A DNA stretch of 59,562 bases, the filler included. It is 4 parts of 4 records of this genome, joined end to end, with 100 filler letters (N's around TTAATTAATTAA, not from the genome) between each part and the next. Parts side by side here need not be neighbours in the genome. Positions count along the whole stretch, not along the records: positions 1 to 24,740 come from SRR31156797_7103; positions 24,841 to 39,746 come from SRR31156797_7105; 2 more parts are not named here. The stretch is one strand, 5' to 3'. Within the stretch, counting starts at the first letter, position 1. Each line of letters opens with the position of its first letter. This document shows, one piece after another, positions 21,701 to 30,269 of the stretch. The position numbers and the translations under genes were made by a program. The notes beneath the pieces are model-generated. The model saw nothing but the letters and a program-made list of their open reading frames with translations. It searched no databases and had not been told where the DNA came from.

Positions 21701-22589
21701 TCTTTCTCAAAAAACAGATGATCCCAACCCGCCATTGTTGGAAGAAATTCTGCAAAAAGAAACAATACATACCATAAAAATGGATACTGTCCGAGGGGAA
21801 TCTCCCATGCTTTCTTCCTTGCTATACAAAAACCTTGGTGCTGAACTAACTCTAAAAATACCAAGCAATACCTGGATTAGAGGAAAGGATATGAATTTTG
21901 AACTCAACGGCTCATTATTAGCTATTAAAAATGGAGACAACATTGACCTGTTTGGGAATTTAAAAGTAAGAAAGGGTTTTTATAAGTTATATGGTAAATA
22001 CTTTAACATTAAAAATGGGGAACTCAACTTTAATGGTGGAACAGAGATAAATCCATACCTTGATTTTACCGTCGCTTATAAGTTTAATGATATAGAAAAA
22101 GAACTTAGGGTATTACAGATTCAAATTACTGAGAGAATGCATCAGCCCCAAATGACTTTTCAATTAGATGAGGAAGAAATCAGCGAAAAAGATGCTATTG
22201 CATACATTGTGTTTGGTAAAAGCGCCAATCAGCTTAGTGACAGTCAAAAGAGTAAGGTTTTTAACAGCGAAGAATTTGCCTTAAATATGACTTTGAATCA
22301 ATTATCATCTATTGTTAGAGAATCGCTGATAAAATCAACAGGCTTGGATGTAGTAGAAATTAGCGGTGAAGACAAATGGAAATCAAGCAGTGTAACCATT
22401 GGTAAATACATTACCAACAAGTTGTATTTAAGCTACGAAAAATCTTACGTGTTCGATAAAAAAACAAAAGCGGTCAATACTGAAAAGATGATGCTGGAAT
22501 ATCAAATTATCAGAAACCTGATTTTAAAAGCAACCAACCAAAACAGTAATTCAGGCTTTGATTTAATGATAAAAAAGAATTGGAAATAG
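18759..22589 (+). CDS. tamB: Translocation and assembly module TamB (DUF490)
   Basis: N-terminal anchor, long beta-rich body, C-terminal GKYITNKLYLSY...LEYQI DUF490-like region; 1 nt after tamA. Confidence 0.85.
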   Translation: MVKKIIHTTSYILGSLTAIVLLLVLMIHYGYLNSFIAQLISSQASQQINGQLKIEKLEGSVFSDFILGDISLLNEEDTLFYCQELSVDYQLKELVINKKLILNQINTLHINLNLIQEADSSFNISHVFQSDSKDTVSSGTTIPILLKDIQLKDIQLYISTLDQNANIPKLLKFGAKANGYYTPDSALFSLDSLQLETQSPHLLITQLSGTLCKDKDLLQWEDIYLKLTNTIAQTQGYIETNQMQALHIEGSISPLNLSDIKAFLPRIEFNAQPNVRLSISGDLKAYLFHMQIDEAEQMVALDGTIKDIQESADYALTCQVKNIDNGPWLKNKILSAPLTGQFNLKGSGLNFKEGNFNALGSFKLIRIGNYSFKNLKINSSKQNDIFQGNLSSQTSVGDIDLNYHISELFTQAHYKLFARYQNLNLQHIVGIDSIYTNLNGSLSINGKGNTLKNLNTDIVFNSNNSTILNHPIDDLQFKANYNKGDYHFSDLQFDTPYFYLKAQGSGNLFTSNNIHLEFEPKNLNPLLSEFALSNLSVQGNALVDLSGSLDSLRSTAKLHFNNINYDSIYIGNINADLEFQKGKSQYNGELDLQAQNISYQSYDLNALDLTSHFSHKLINSHLKLQVNDSLSTTLKTQIEGFTDPRVRILQFDIHHKQSHWSSKNDSAYVALKKNQIFINHFNLESENQKIDIHGLYSFDGDEDIKLSIENLQLQDLPLRKYIPYSISGKLSTSLELKGTAQHPVIINSTNIEKLDINNYQINKLESHVNYSNNLLSLTSNVYSLIEQPININLLLPIQISFIDSTYLFQDSQAFSASLKLDSLNLKRLSNLYPVSDIGISGVVSADMVLSNTIQKPFVNGKLGLSNGTFSYIPFGANYQNIQLFAAINNNLVSLQNFSAQTQKKGLLSMKGKLNLNADSLLNSEDFNFSLDASNFQALKSDKADLNLNADVHITGINNKPHLKGELIVNRSRINADYFNTFLSQKTDDPNPPLLEEILQKETIHTIKMDTVRGESPMLSSLLYKNLGAELTLKIPSNTWIRGKDMNFELNGSLLAIKNGDNIDLFGNLKVRKGFYKLYGKYFNIKNGELNFNGGTEINPYLDFTVAYKFNDIEKELRVLQIQITERMHQPQMTFQLDEEEISEKDAIAYIVFGKSANQLSDSQKSKVFNSEEFALNMTLNQLSSIVRESLIKSTGLDVVEISGEDKWKSSSVTIGKYITNKLYLSYEKSYVFDKKTKAVNTEKMMLEYQIIRNLILKATNQNSNSGFDLMIKKNWK

Positions 22590-22982
22590 CCTATCCTAAA
22601 AGTTCAAATTAAATATTTAAAATTCAGCTATCTTATTAATCTCAAGCAGATAATTATTTTTTTGCCCAAACATGCTTGTTCAGTAAATAATTTTTTATAT
22701 TGATTTGAAACAAAATATTAACAAAGAAAAAGTAACCAGATTAACTTATAAATAGTATAAATCCTTAAACAATTATTAACGTATTATTATTATAATACTA
22801 ACTTTATATTTTTTAAATACCATAACCAAATCTATAGGATTGAACCATTGATCAACAAATAAGGATTATATATCAGAACAAAATTGCTTTTGTTAAAAAA
22901 GTTAAACCTTATTAAAATCATATCTTATCTATTTTATATGATATAGTTTTGCAGTGTAATTAAGTTACTATAACACAAAGCC

Positions 22983-23363
22983 ATGCTTAAACCATTTATA
23001 CAAGAAGCTACTACGACAACTCCAGAAATTAAACTGGATGCTGATAATGGCACAATTGAGTTATCAGGAAGTATTATTTCTGTTGATACACCTGCTTTGT
23101 TTGATCCTATTTTAGAATGGATTGATGAATATTTAAACAATCCTTTACATCGCACTCAAATAAAATTGCATCTTGAATATATTAATACACGAGCTTCCCG
23201 ATATTTATTAGAAGTTTTTAAACGTATTGAAAAATCTTGTCATCAAGATGAAATAGATGTATTAGTAAAATGGATCTGTGATAAAGATGATTTAGACATG
23301 CTGGAAGTAGTGGAAGACTACAAAGCATTGACCGACATTCCTTTCGAAATAGTAGAAAATTAA
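22983..23363 (+). CDS. SiaC/DUF1987-family protein
   Basis: TPEIKLD..G...G.S, FDPILEWI, LEYINTRAS, W..D.DD.DMLE pattern; 126 aa. Confidence 0.8.
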   Translation: MLKPFIQEATTTTPEIKLDADNGTIELSGSIISVDTPALFDPILEWIDEYLNNPLHRTQIKLHLEYINTRASRYLLEVFKRIEKSCHQDEIDVLVKWICDKDDLDMLEVVEDYKALTDIPFEIVEN

Positions 23364-23391
23364 TTTTCAATTCCCTTAGCAATAAAGATTT

Positions 23392-23430
23392 AAAAAAACG
23401 ATTGTCAATTATTATGGCAGTCGTTTTTTT
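23392..23430 (+). terminator. Intrinsic terminator
   Basis: AAAAAAACGATTGTCA...TGGCAGTCGTTTTTTT. Confidence 0.65.
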
Positions 23431-23504
23431 GTTAATTTAAGATGACAATTATAACTATCCATCGACATTACTGAACATTCCTTCTAAAAACCTGTTATCA
23501 GAAC

Positions 23505-23984
23505 ATGAAAAAGATTATTCTTTTATATTTCTTTCTTACATTGCTTGTAAGTTCTATTCATGCACAAGATGTTCCTGAATTAAATTATAATCAGTTTAAA
23601 CCATGGCTCGAAAAGCAAACCGACACTGTTTACGTGGTAAACTTTTGGGCTACCTGGTGTAAACCTTGTGTAGAAGAACTTCCTCACTTTCTACAGATAG
23701 CACAGGAACTTAAAGAGGAAAAAGTAAAGTTTGTTTTTGTAAGTCTCGATTTTCCAAAACATAAAGAAACGCGCCTTTTACCATATATCGAAAAAGAACA
23801 TATAGAAGAACAGGTAATTTTACTGAACGATCCGAATAGTAACGAATGGATTGATAAGGTAAATCCGGAGTGGTCGGGTGCTATACCTGCAACCATTGTT
23901 TACAAAAAAGATGACCTTAGTTTTATTGAAGGTAGCATGTCATACGAAGAATTAACAAAAACCATAAATTCCAAATTACCATGA
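23505..23984 (+). CDS. TlpA/ResA-like thiol-disulfide oxidoreductase
   Basis: Signal peptide; VVNFWATWCKPCVEELP; WSGAIPAT. Confidence 0.9.
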   Translation: MKKIILLYFFLTLLVSSIHAQDVPELNYNQFKPWLEKQTDTVYVVNFWATWCKPCVEELPHFLQIAQELKEEKVKFVFVSLDFPKHKETRLLPYIEKEHIEEQVILLNDPNSNEWIDKVNPEWSGAIPATIVYKKDDLSFIEGSMSYEELTKTINSKLP

Positions 23985-24580
23985 AAACACAACTATTAAC
24001 ATTATTCGCAATATTTATTTTTAGCGCTGCTTTTGCACAGGGCTATTCAACTGGTGATAAAGCCATCGATTTTAAATTAAAGAATATTGATGACAAAATG
24101 GTTTCGCTAGCTGACTATAAAGATGCGAAAGGTTTTATTGTCATTTTTACCTGTAACCACTGCCCTTATGCCGTAGCGTATGAAGACAGAATAATAGCTT
24201 TAGACAAAGCATACAAAAAGAAAGGCTATCCGGTTATTGCCATTAACCCTAATGATCCAACAGAATATCCATCTGACTCTTTTGACAATATGAAAGTAAG
24301 AGCCAAGGAAAAAGGTTTTACCTTTCCGTATTTATTTGATGAAACGCAGGAAATTGCCAAAGCATACGGTGCAACCAGAACACCTCATATCTATTTATTA
24401 CAAAAACAAAAAGATGACTTAGTTGTAAAATATATTGGTGCTATTGATGATAACCACCAGGATGAAAGTGCAGTTAAAACTAAATTTGTTGAAAATGCTA
24501 TTCAGGAATTAATAGACGGAAAAGAAGTTTCAATGGCATCTACTAAGGCAATTGGTTGCAGCATTAAATGGAAAAAGTAA
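23981..24580 (+). CDS. Thioredoxin-family (AhpC/TSA-like) protein
   Basis: Signal peptide; FTCNHCPY, YGATRTPH, YIGAIDD, IGCSIKWK; ATGA overlap with the previous gene. Confidence 0.9.
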   Translation: MKTQLLTLFAIFIFSAAFAQGYSTGDKAIDFKLKNIDDKMVSLADYKDAKGFIVIFTCNHCPYAVAYEDRIIALDKAYKKKGYPVIAINPNDPTEYPSDSFDNMKVRAKEKGFTFPYLFDETQEIAKAYGATRTPHIYLLQKQKDDLVVKYIGAIDDNHQDESAVKTKFVENAIQELIDGKEVSMASTKAIGCSIKWKK

Positions 24581-24600
24581 ATTTACGCTTCATTATATCT

Positions 24601-24633
24601 AAAGGCTTGGAGTATTTTACTTTGAGCCTTTTT
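24601..24633 (+). terminator. Intrinsic terminator
   Basis: AAAGGCTTGGAGTA-TTT-TACTTTGAGCCTTT followed by Ts. Confidence 0.6.
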
Positions 24634-24740
24634 CTTTATATTTTCTGACACTAGCCTAATGCTCTATACTAAAGGTTTTCTTTTGTACATTCCAATATTA
24701 TATAGATTATCAATACTGTCCCGTTAACCAGAACAATTAA

Positions 24741-24840
24741 NNNNNNNNNNNNNNNNNNNNNNNNNNNNNNNNNNNNNNNNNNNNTTAATTAATTAANNNN
24801 NNNNNNNNNNNNNNNNNNNNNNNNNNNNNNNNNNNNNNNN
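24741..24840. other. Artificial contig spacer
   Basis: N44-TTAATTAATTAA-N44 (stop-codon linker); composition changes across it. Confidence 0.98.
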
Positions 24841-24944
24841 AAGTTCATTGAAAGATGTAGATAGATAGTATGGGCGGGGATTTCCCGCCGGGTGAAATGA
24901 ACATATTCGGATATCAACAACCTCACCAAAAAAGGAGAACTTTA

Positions 24945-25739
24945 ATGACAACGGTTAATCCCCCTCTGTTATTGGAACGGGATGGCGCGGTAGCCGTCAT
25001 CAGCATTAATGACGCTCCCTGGAACCGAATGAGTCTCGAATTTATGGACGAGCTTGAAAAGTTGATCGATGAATTGGGCAAGGACAAATCGGTTCGGGCT
25101 GTCGTCATAACCGGCGACGGCGACGATCATTTTTCGGTAGGCATGGATCTGAAACAGATCGTCGGCAAGGCAGTCGACAAAAAAGCAATGCTTGCGGTTC
25201 TCGATCAGCGCCTGCGGGTCTTGTCGAACATTGAGAACATGACCAAACCGGTTATAGCCACGTTGTTCGGATATTGTCTGGGCGGCGGCCTGGAACTGCC
25301 TTTGGCCTGTCATTTCCGCCTGGCCGCGGAAACGGACGCAAAAATCGGTCTGCCGGAGATGGAACTGGGCTCGGTCCCGGCCTGGGGCGGCAGCGCCCGC
25401 CTGACCCGGTGCGTGGGAAGAATGAACGCCCTGGATATGATTTTGAGGGCTCGAAAGATTTCCGGCCCCGAAGCATTCCGCATCGGGTTAGTAAATGAAG
25501 TCGTCCCCAATGAAAGTCTTAAGGACAGGGCCCGTGAAATCGCCCGGGAGTTGGCTGCCATGCCGCCCCTGGCCGTTTCCGAGATGCTAAGATGTATAGT
25601 TCAGCACGGCGACAGACCTCTTCAGGAAGGTTTGTTCGAAGAACGTCGGGCCGTACTACGCACCATGGGAACCCTTGATAATATTGAAGGTATGACGGCA
25701 TTTCTTGAAAAGCGCAAGCCTTTGTTTACCGGCGAATAG
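24945..25739 (+). CDS. Enoyl-CoA hydratase/isomerase family protein
   Basis: FSVGMDL, GGGLELPLACH, LPEMELGSVPAWGG, EGMTAFLEKRKP; ATG 24945 with AAGGAG RBS. Confidence 0.92.
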   Translation: MTTVNPPLLLERDGAVAVISINDAPWNRMSLEFMDELEKLIDELGKDKSVRAVVITGDGDDHFSVGMDLKQIVGKAVDKKAMLAVLDQRLRVLSNIENMTKPVIATLFGYCLGGGLELPLACHFRLAAETDAKIGLPEMELGSVPAWGGSARLTRCVGRMNALDMILRARKISGPEAFRIGLVNEVVPNESLKDRAREIARELAAMPPLAVSEMLRCIVQHGDRPLQEGLFEERRAVLRTMGTLDNIEGMTAFLEKRKPLFTGE

Positions 25740-25760
25740 GATTATCATCTGGAGGATTCC

Positions 25761-26534
25761 ATGCCCATTAACGTAAGCGTTGAACTTTCCCATGTGTGCC
25801 CACTGGATGAAATACCAGGGCATATTGAAGTCCTGGAAAATGGAGGATTCCACCGGGTGTGGGTTCCGGACGCATTTGTTACGCCCTGGGAAGCATGGCT
25901 GACGGCGGGCTTGATTGCCGAGCGGACCGAACGCCTGAAAATCGGCGTGGGAGTTATGAATCCATACACCCGCCACCCCATGGTGACAGCACAGATGGCA
26001 ACGATGCTGCAGAGTTTAAGCGGCGGACGCCTTGCCCTGTCCATCGGTTCGGGCATTCCCAAGGCCCTGGACAAGGCCGGAATAACCGGGTGCGATTCAG
26101 CAGTCGAAGAATACATCACCTCTGTACGCGGTCTTACAGCGGGTGAACGCGTCAGCCTGGAGGGAGAAGCATATCGCCTGGACGGCCTGAAGCTTAAGGC
26201 TATTACCCCTGAAATCCCGATCCCGGTTTACCTGGCCGCCGTAAGCCCGGCCTCCTGGGAAACAGCTGTAAGAGTCGCCGACGGCGCGGTCACATTCTGG
26301 AATGAGGAGGTAGTGAAAACAAGGCGCCAGGCGATGCAGGAACACCGTATCCCCACCGCCGCACTGGTTGGATACACCCTGTCCGAGGAAGGTATTTTCG
26401 GCCAAAAAGCAGTGACGCAAGAAGAACTAAGCCGCTGCATCCAAGCCATGGATGAGGAAGGCATTGACGAGATAATGATCGGCTATCGGGACCTGGAGGA
26501 CCTAGCTGTGGTGAAGGAAGTTATGGTAGTTTGA
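25761..26534 (+). CDS. LLM-class (luciferase-like/Mer-like) flavin- or F420-dependent oxidoreductase
   Basis: GFHRVWVPD, TERLKIGVGVMNPYTRHP, LSGGRLALSIGSG, IPVYLAA; GGAGG RBS. Confidence 0.85.
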   Translation: MPINVSVELSHVCPLDEIPGHIEVLENGGFHRVWVPDAFVTPWEAWLTAGLIAERTERLKIGVGVMNPYTRHPMVTAQMATMLQSLSGGRLALSIGSGIPKALDKAGITGCDSAVEEYITSVRGLTAGERVSLEGEAYRLDGLKLKAITPEIPIPVYLAAVSPASWETAVRVADGAVTFWNEEVVKTRRQAMQEHRIPTAALVGYTLSEEGIFGQKAVTQEELSRCIQAMDEEGIDEIMIGYRDLEDLAVVKEVMVV

Positions 26535-26736
26535 ATCAGGCGCTTTTGTTATGTAAGATCAATGACATTGTCATGTCCCGCAAAAAATCAATGGTAATTT
26601 CCTCGTGGGTTTAAGAAAAATATAATAAAAGGCAGCTCCATGGCAGACAACAAAATGAGGCGCATCATTCTATACATTTCCTGAATTCAATTTGACTATG
26701 ATAAAATTACATTAATCAATAATTCATAACAGGAAT

Positions 26737-29700
26737 GTGCTGATGAATTTATTCGGCCATGACGCCTCTTCCGGGTATATCCCTCTCTTTTTTTTACTGG
26801 CAATTCAATCAATATTTTCCTTTTTATGCATTGGAGCATTTAGCCCGAGTAAATTGCATGCATCTGAAGAGTTAGCGAAATATCATATTTTCGTGCCAAC
26901 CGGTCATTCTGGAAGCGGTGTTGATTGCGCCGCCCTTTCTCCGGATGAGCAGTGGTTGGCAACGGGAGCATTCGACAATCTTATTATTATATGGGAAATG
27001 GAATCAGGAAAGGAATTCAGAAAATTAAAAGGACACCATAATTCTCTTGCAGCCATTGATTACTCTCCTGACGGCTCCAAATTAATATCCGTTTCCAGTG
27101 ACGGAGAACTCATTTCATGGAATTCCATTACCGGTGAAATTTTAAGCAGAAAGCATTTTGAATGGACGGGTGAATTTTTCTATCCAAAACTTTACTGGCC
27201 GCATAAAAACAGCATTGCCATACAAGTAGATAAAAAAACAACTCTTTTGGATTCAACATCTTTACTTCAGCATCAGGGTTCGGAACAAATCACGGGGGAT
27301 ATTCTGCATACCGACGAACAAGGCATCTTTACCAAAAGAAATATCGATTCGCAAAAATGGCTGGTCAACCTGCATTCACCGATTAACGGCGCTATTTTGC
27401 ATTCACAGAAAATCGTCGGCGAGCCGGTGGGTTTTGATCCCGAATCAAAGGGAGTAATATCACTTGAAGCCGGCCTGTTGGTGACAGGCTTTTGGACCGG
27501 CGAGACGAGTAAAAAGACGCCTGTAAAAGTTGACGGCACAATGCCTTATGATTTTCCTGTTTTCTTCAGCAAAGGGAAATATTATTACGCAAATAACTAT
27601 CCAAATGCCGATATAGGATCTGTTCAACCAGTCGTGTACTGCCTCGATGATGGTGAGCAAGGCTTAAAATGGTCTTTCAGGACCAAACTTGATTTTGCAC
27701 TGTCACACCTTAATTTCTTTATTCATTCGCCGTTACATCAATGTCTTCTGATTCATGACAATGATTCCGTAATAAAGCTTGACAGCCAAACCGGTGAAAT
27801 TCTGCCAGGATTCTCAACTCCCAAGCCGGATATTTCCTCTATGGATACTATTCCTGAAAGTGAAGACCTGATCTATGCGGATGATTCGAGCATATATCAA
27901 TGGCATGTTCAAAAGGCCGATCGTTTTAAACTGTTTGATCATCAACAGGGTTATATCAGATGGTTAAAAGTAAGCCATGATGGAAAGGAATTAGCATCCG
28001 GCGGCGACAAGGAATATCTGGAATTTTTTGATTTAGTTAAAAAAAACAAACTGCTTGCCGTTCCTGAACCTGACGACGAAATAACGTTGCCCAGAAAAAT
28101 ATTCAAAGGAATCTATTCCTTTGATGATAAATCTCTATTAATCTTCGACCACTGGCTTTCCAGTCAAAGTTATACATTTTGGGATTGCTCTGCAAAATTA
28201 TTCAACCGCTTAAACGGTTCTTACAAGTGTTTAAAAGAATATGATGGGGAGCCGCCTCTCAAGGCAAGATTCTCTTCTGACGGCAGTAGAATTGAAATTC
28301 TGTTTCAATTAAAAGATAGTCCTGCATTACACCTATTGAAATACGAAACATCCGGTATCAGGCAATTAAGCGACATAGATTTCATCCCCCCAGCAGGTGA
28401 ATCCTATAAATATTCAACTTATATTCTGAATTCCAACTCTGCCTTTCTTAATGAATCCAATAGAATCGCACTGGCCCTGAATAAAGCTGATGGGGAATAT
28501 ATCGCCTTATTCGATTCCGAGTCCGGAGATTTTATTCGTGCCTGGAAAGCTCACGATGCTGAGATAACAGCCTTGAATGTTTCAAAGGACGAAAAATGGC
28601 TGTTTTCAGGCGGGATGGATAACCTGATTAAAATATGGGATATTGCCGGCGGCCGATTAAGCGCCGTCCTGGCCGGGCATGATAACAGCATCATGCAAAT
28701 CATTCATGATTCCCGAAATCAACGTCTCTACTCACTTGGAAGCGACGGGGCTATTATTATCTGGTCAATTCCCCCCAAAAGTGAAATCGCCAGGTGCTAT
28801 TCCTTTTCTGAAGACGACTGGCTGATTATGACTCCGGAAGGTTATTATGCATCAGCGGCTTTGAGCCATAATAAAGTAAATGTCCGGCATAATGACCGCT
28901 TATATGTAATCGATCAGTTTTATGATGTTTTCTATCGACCCGATCTTGTGGAAGCTAAACTGAAAGGAGAAGATATCAGCAGGCTGATCACATTGACCAT
29001 TGACGAAGCTTTACGGAATCCTCCGCCAACGGTGCAAATTGGCGATTTTCCAAAGACTGTTAACAAAATGATTGTAACCGTAAAATATAAAGTGGAAAGT
29101 AAAGGCGGCGGGATCGGTGAAGTTCGTGTCTTCCACAATGGCAAGCTCGTCAAGTCGGATGGTTTTTACAGAACCGCGAATATTTCGCAGTTAAAACCGC
29201 AAGAGCGGTTGGCCATGAACGGCAGAGCCATACATGATGAGTATCGGAATGAAATTAAGAAAGGAAAGCAATCATCAACGGAGACTAAAGACAAGGGTCA
29301 AACACACGGCGGTTCCGTGGTGATAGAACCAGTACCCGGAAAAAATACTATCAGTGTTGCGGCCTTTAATGCTCATAACACGGTCCAGAGCCGCTTGAAG
29401 ACCATTTCCTTTTCTGCTGATATTCCGGAGGCCGAACCGCACCTGTATGTATTGGCTGTCGGCCTTGGCAGCTATGCAGACCCATCTATTCCAATGCTCT
29501 ACTACGCTGTAAAAGACGCGCATGATATGGCCGCGACAATCAGACAGCAGGCCAAATCGCTATTTAAACCTGAAAACATCCACGTTAAAGTTCTCCAGGA
29601 TGAAATAGCCGACAGAAATGGAATTTTAACCGCTATCAATGAGATTTCAAAGCAGGCCAAGGTCGGTGACAGCCTGATCCTGTTCAATGCCGGTCACGGC

Positions 29701-30183
29701 TTTCTGATCGGGTCTCAGTATTTTATCGCGCCTTATGACAGTGATCTGACCAGATGTCAATCCACCCTGATAAGTTCGAACACTATCATTGAAATGAGTA
29801 AAAAAATCAAAGCTCTTGATCAACTTTTGATTTTCGATACATGCCATGCCGGCGGCGTGGACTACATAGTAAGCGGCCTCTATGACGCCCGCATGTCGGT
29901 TATAGCCAGGAAAATGGGGCTTCATATTTACGCTGCTGCTAGTCCGCATGAAGGAGCAATGGACGGCTATAAGGGCAACGGACTATTTACCCATGTTATT
30001 TTGGAAGGGCTTAAAAACAACTCCTCTATTGATTCCAACCAGGATAATAATGTGAGTGTGGCGGAGCTTGGTAAATTTTCACGCAGGAAAACCCTGGAGC
30101 TTTCCAGGAAGGCAGGGCTCCACCAGGAACCGCTGATAATCAATTTCGGGCAAGATTACCCGGTCTATAAACTTGCTGATTAA
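26737..30183 (+). CDS. WD40-repeat protein with C-terminal caspase-family (peptidase C14) domain
   Basis: N-terminal hydrophobic segment; WD40 repeats (GHSGSGV...WE, AHDAEIT...WD, GHDNSI...WS); catalytic NAGHG and FDTCHAG; GLFT. Confidence 0.88.
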   Translation: MLMNLFGHDASSGYIPLFFLLAIQSIFSFLCIGAFSPSKLHASEELAKYHIFVPTGHSGSGVDCAALSPDEQWLATGAFDNLIIIWEMESGKEFRKLKGHHNSLAAIDYSPDGSKLISVSSDGELISWNSITGEILSRKHFEWTGEFFYPKLYWPHKNSIAIQVDKKTTLLDSTSLLQHQGSEQITGDILHTDEQGIFTKRNIDSQKWLVNLHSPINGAILHSQKIVGEPVGFDPESKGVISLEAGLLVTGFWTGETSKKTPVKVDGTMPYDFPVFFSKGKYYYANNYPNADIGSVQPVVYCLDDGEQGLKWSFRTKLDFALSHLNFFIHSPLHQCLLIHDNDSVIKLDSQTGEILPGFSTPKPDISSMDTIPESEDLIYADDSSIYQWHVQKADRFKLFDHQQGYIRWLKVSHDGKELASGGDKEYLEFFDLVKKNKLLAVPEPDDEITLPRKIFKGIYSFDDKSLLIFDHWLSSQSYTFWDCSAKLFNRLNGSYKCLKEYDGEPPLKARFSSDGSRIEILFQLKDSPALHLLKYETSGIRQLSDIDFIPPAGESYKYSTYILNSNSAFLNESNRIALALNKADGEYIALFDSESGDFIRAWKAHDAEITALNVSKDEKWLFSGGMDNLIKIWDIAGGRLSAVLAGHDNSIMQIIHDSRNQRLYSLGSDGAIIIWSIPPKSEIARCYSFSEDDWLIMTPEGYYASAALSHNKVNVRHNDRLYVIDQFYDVFYRPDLVEAKLKGEDISRLITLTIDEALRNPPPTVQIGDFPKTVNKMIVTVKYKVESKGGGIGEVRVFHNGKLVKSDGFYRTANISQLKPQERLAMNGRAIHDEYRNEIKKGKQSSTETKDKGQTHGGSVVIEPVPGKNTISVAAFNAHNTVQSRLKTISFSADIPEAEPHLYVLAVGLGSYADPSIPMLYYAVKDAHDMAATIRQQAKSLFKPENIHVKVLQDEIADRNGILTAINEISKQAKVGDSLILFNAGHGFLIGSQYFIAPYDSDLTRCQSTLISSNTIIEMSKKIKALDQLLIFDTCHAGGVDYIVSGLYDARMSVIARKMGLHIYAAASPHEGAMDGYKGNGLFTHVILEGLKNNSSIDSNQDNNVSVAELGKFSRRKTLELSRKAGLHQEPLIINFGQDYPVYKLAD

Positions 30184-30218
30184 TTCCGACATATGAAACA
30201 AGCGTTTCTTTATACAAG

Positions 30219-30242
30219 CAAGGGGCCGTTCGCGGCCCCTTG
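30219..30242. terminator. Bidirectional terminator
   Basis: CAAGGGGCCG-TTCG-CGGCCCCTTG between convergent genes. Confidence 0.75.
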
Positions 30243-30269
30243 TATTTTATAGAATCCGAGTCTGTGAAA

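Noticed and set aside
16958-22589. TamA-TamB pair as a novel secretion system
   Set aside because: Standard, widely distributed translocation and assembly module.
24785-24796. TTAATTAATTAA palindrome (also in the other two gaps)
   Set aside because: Artificial linker inside N runs, not biological.
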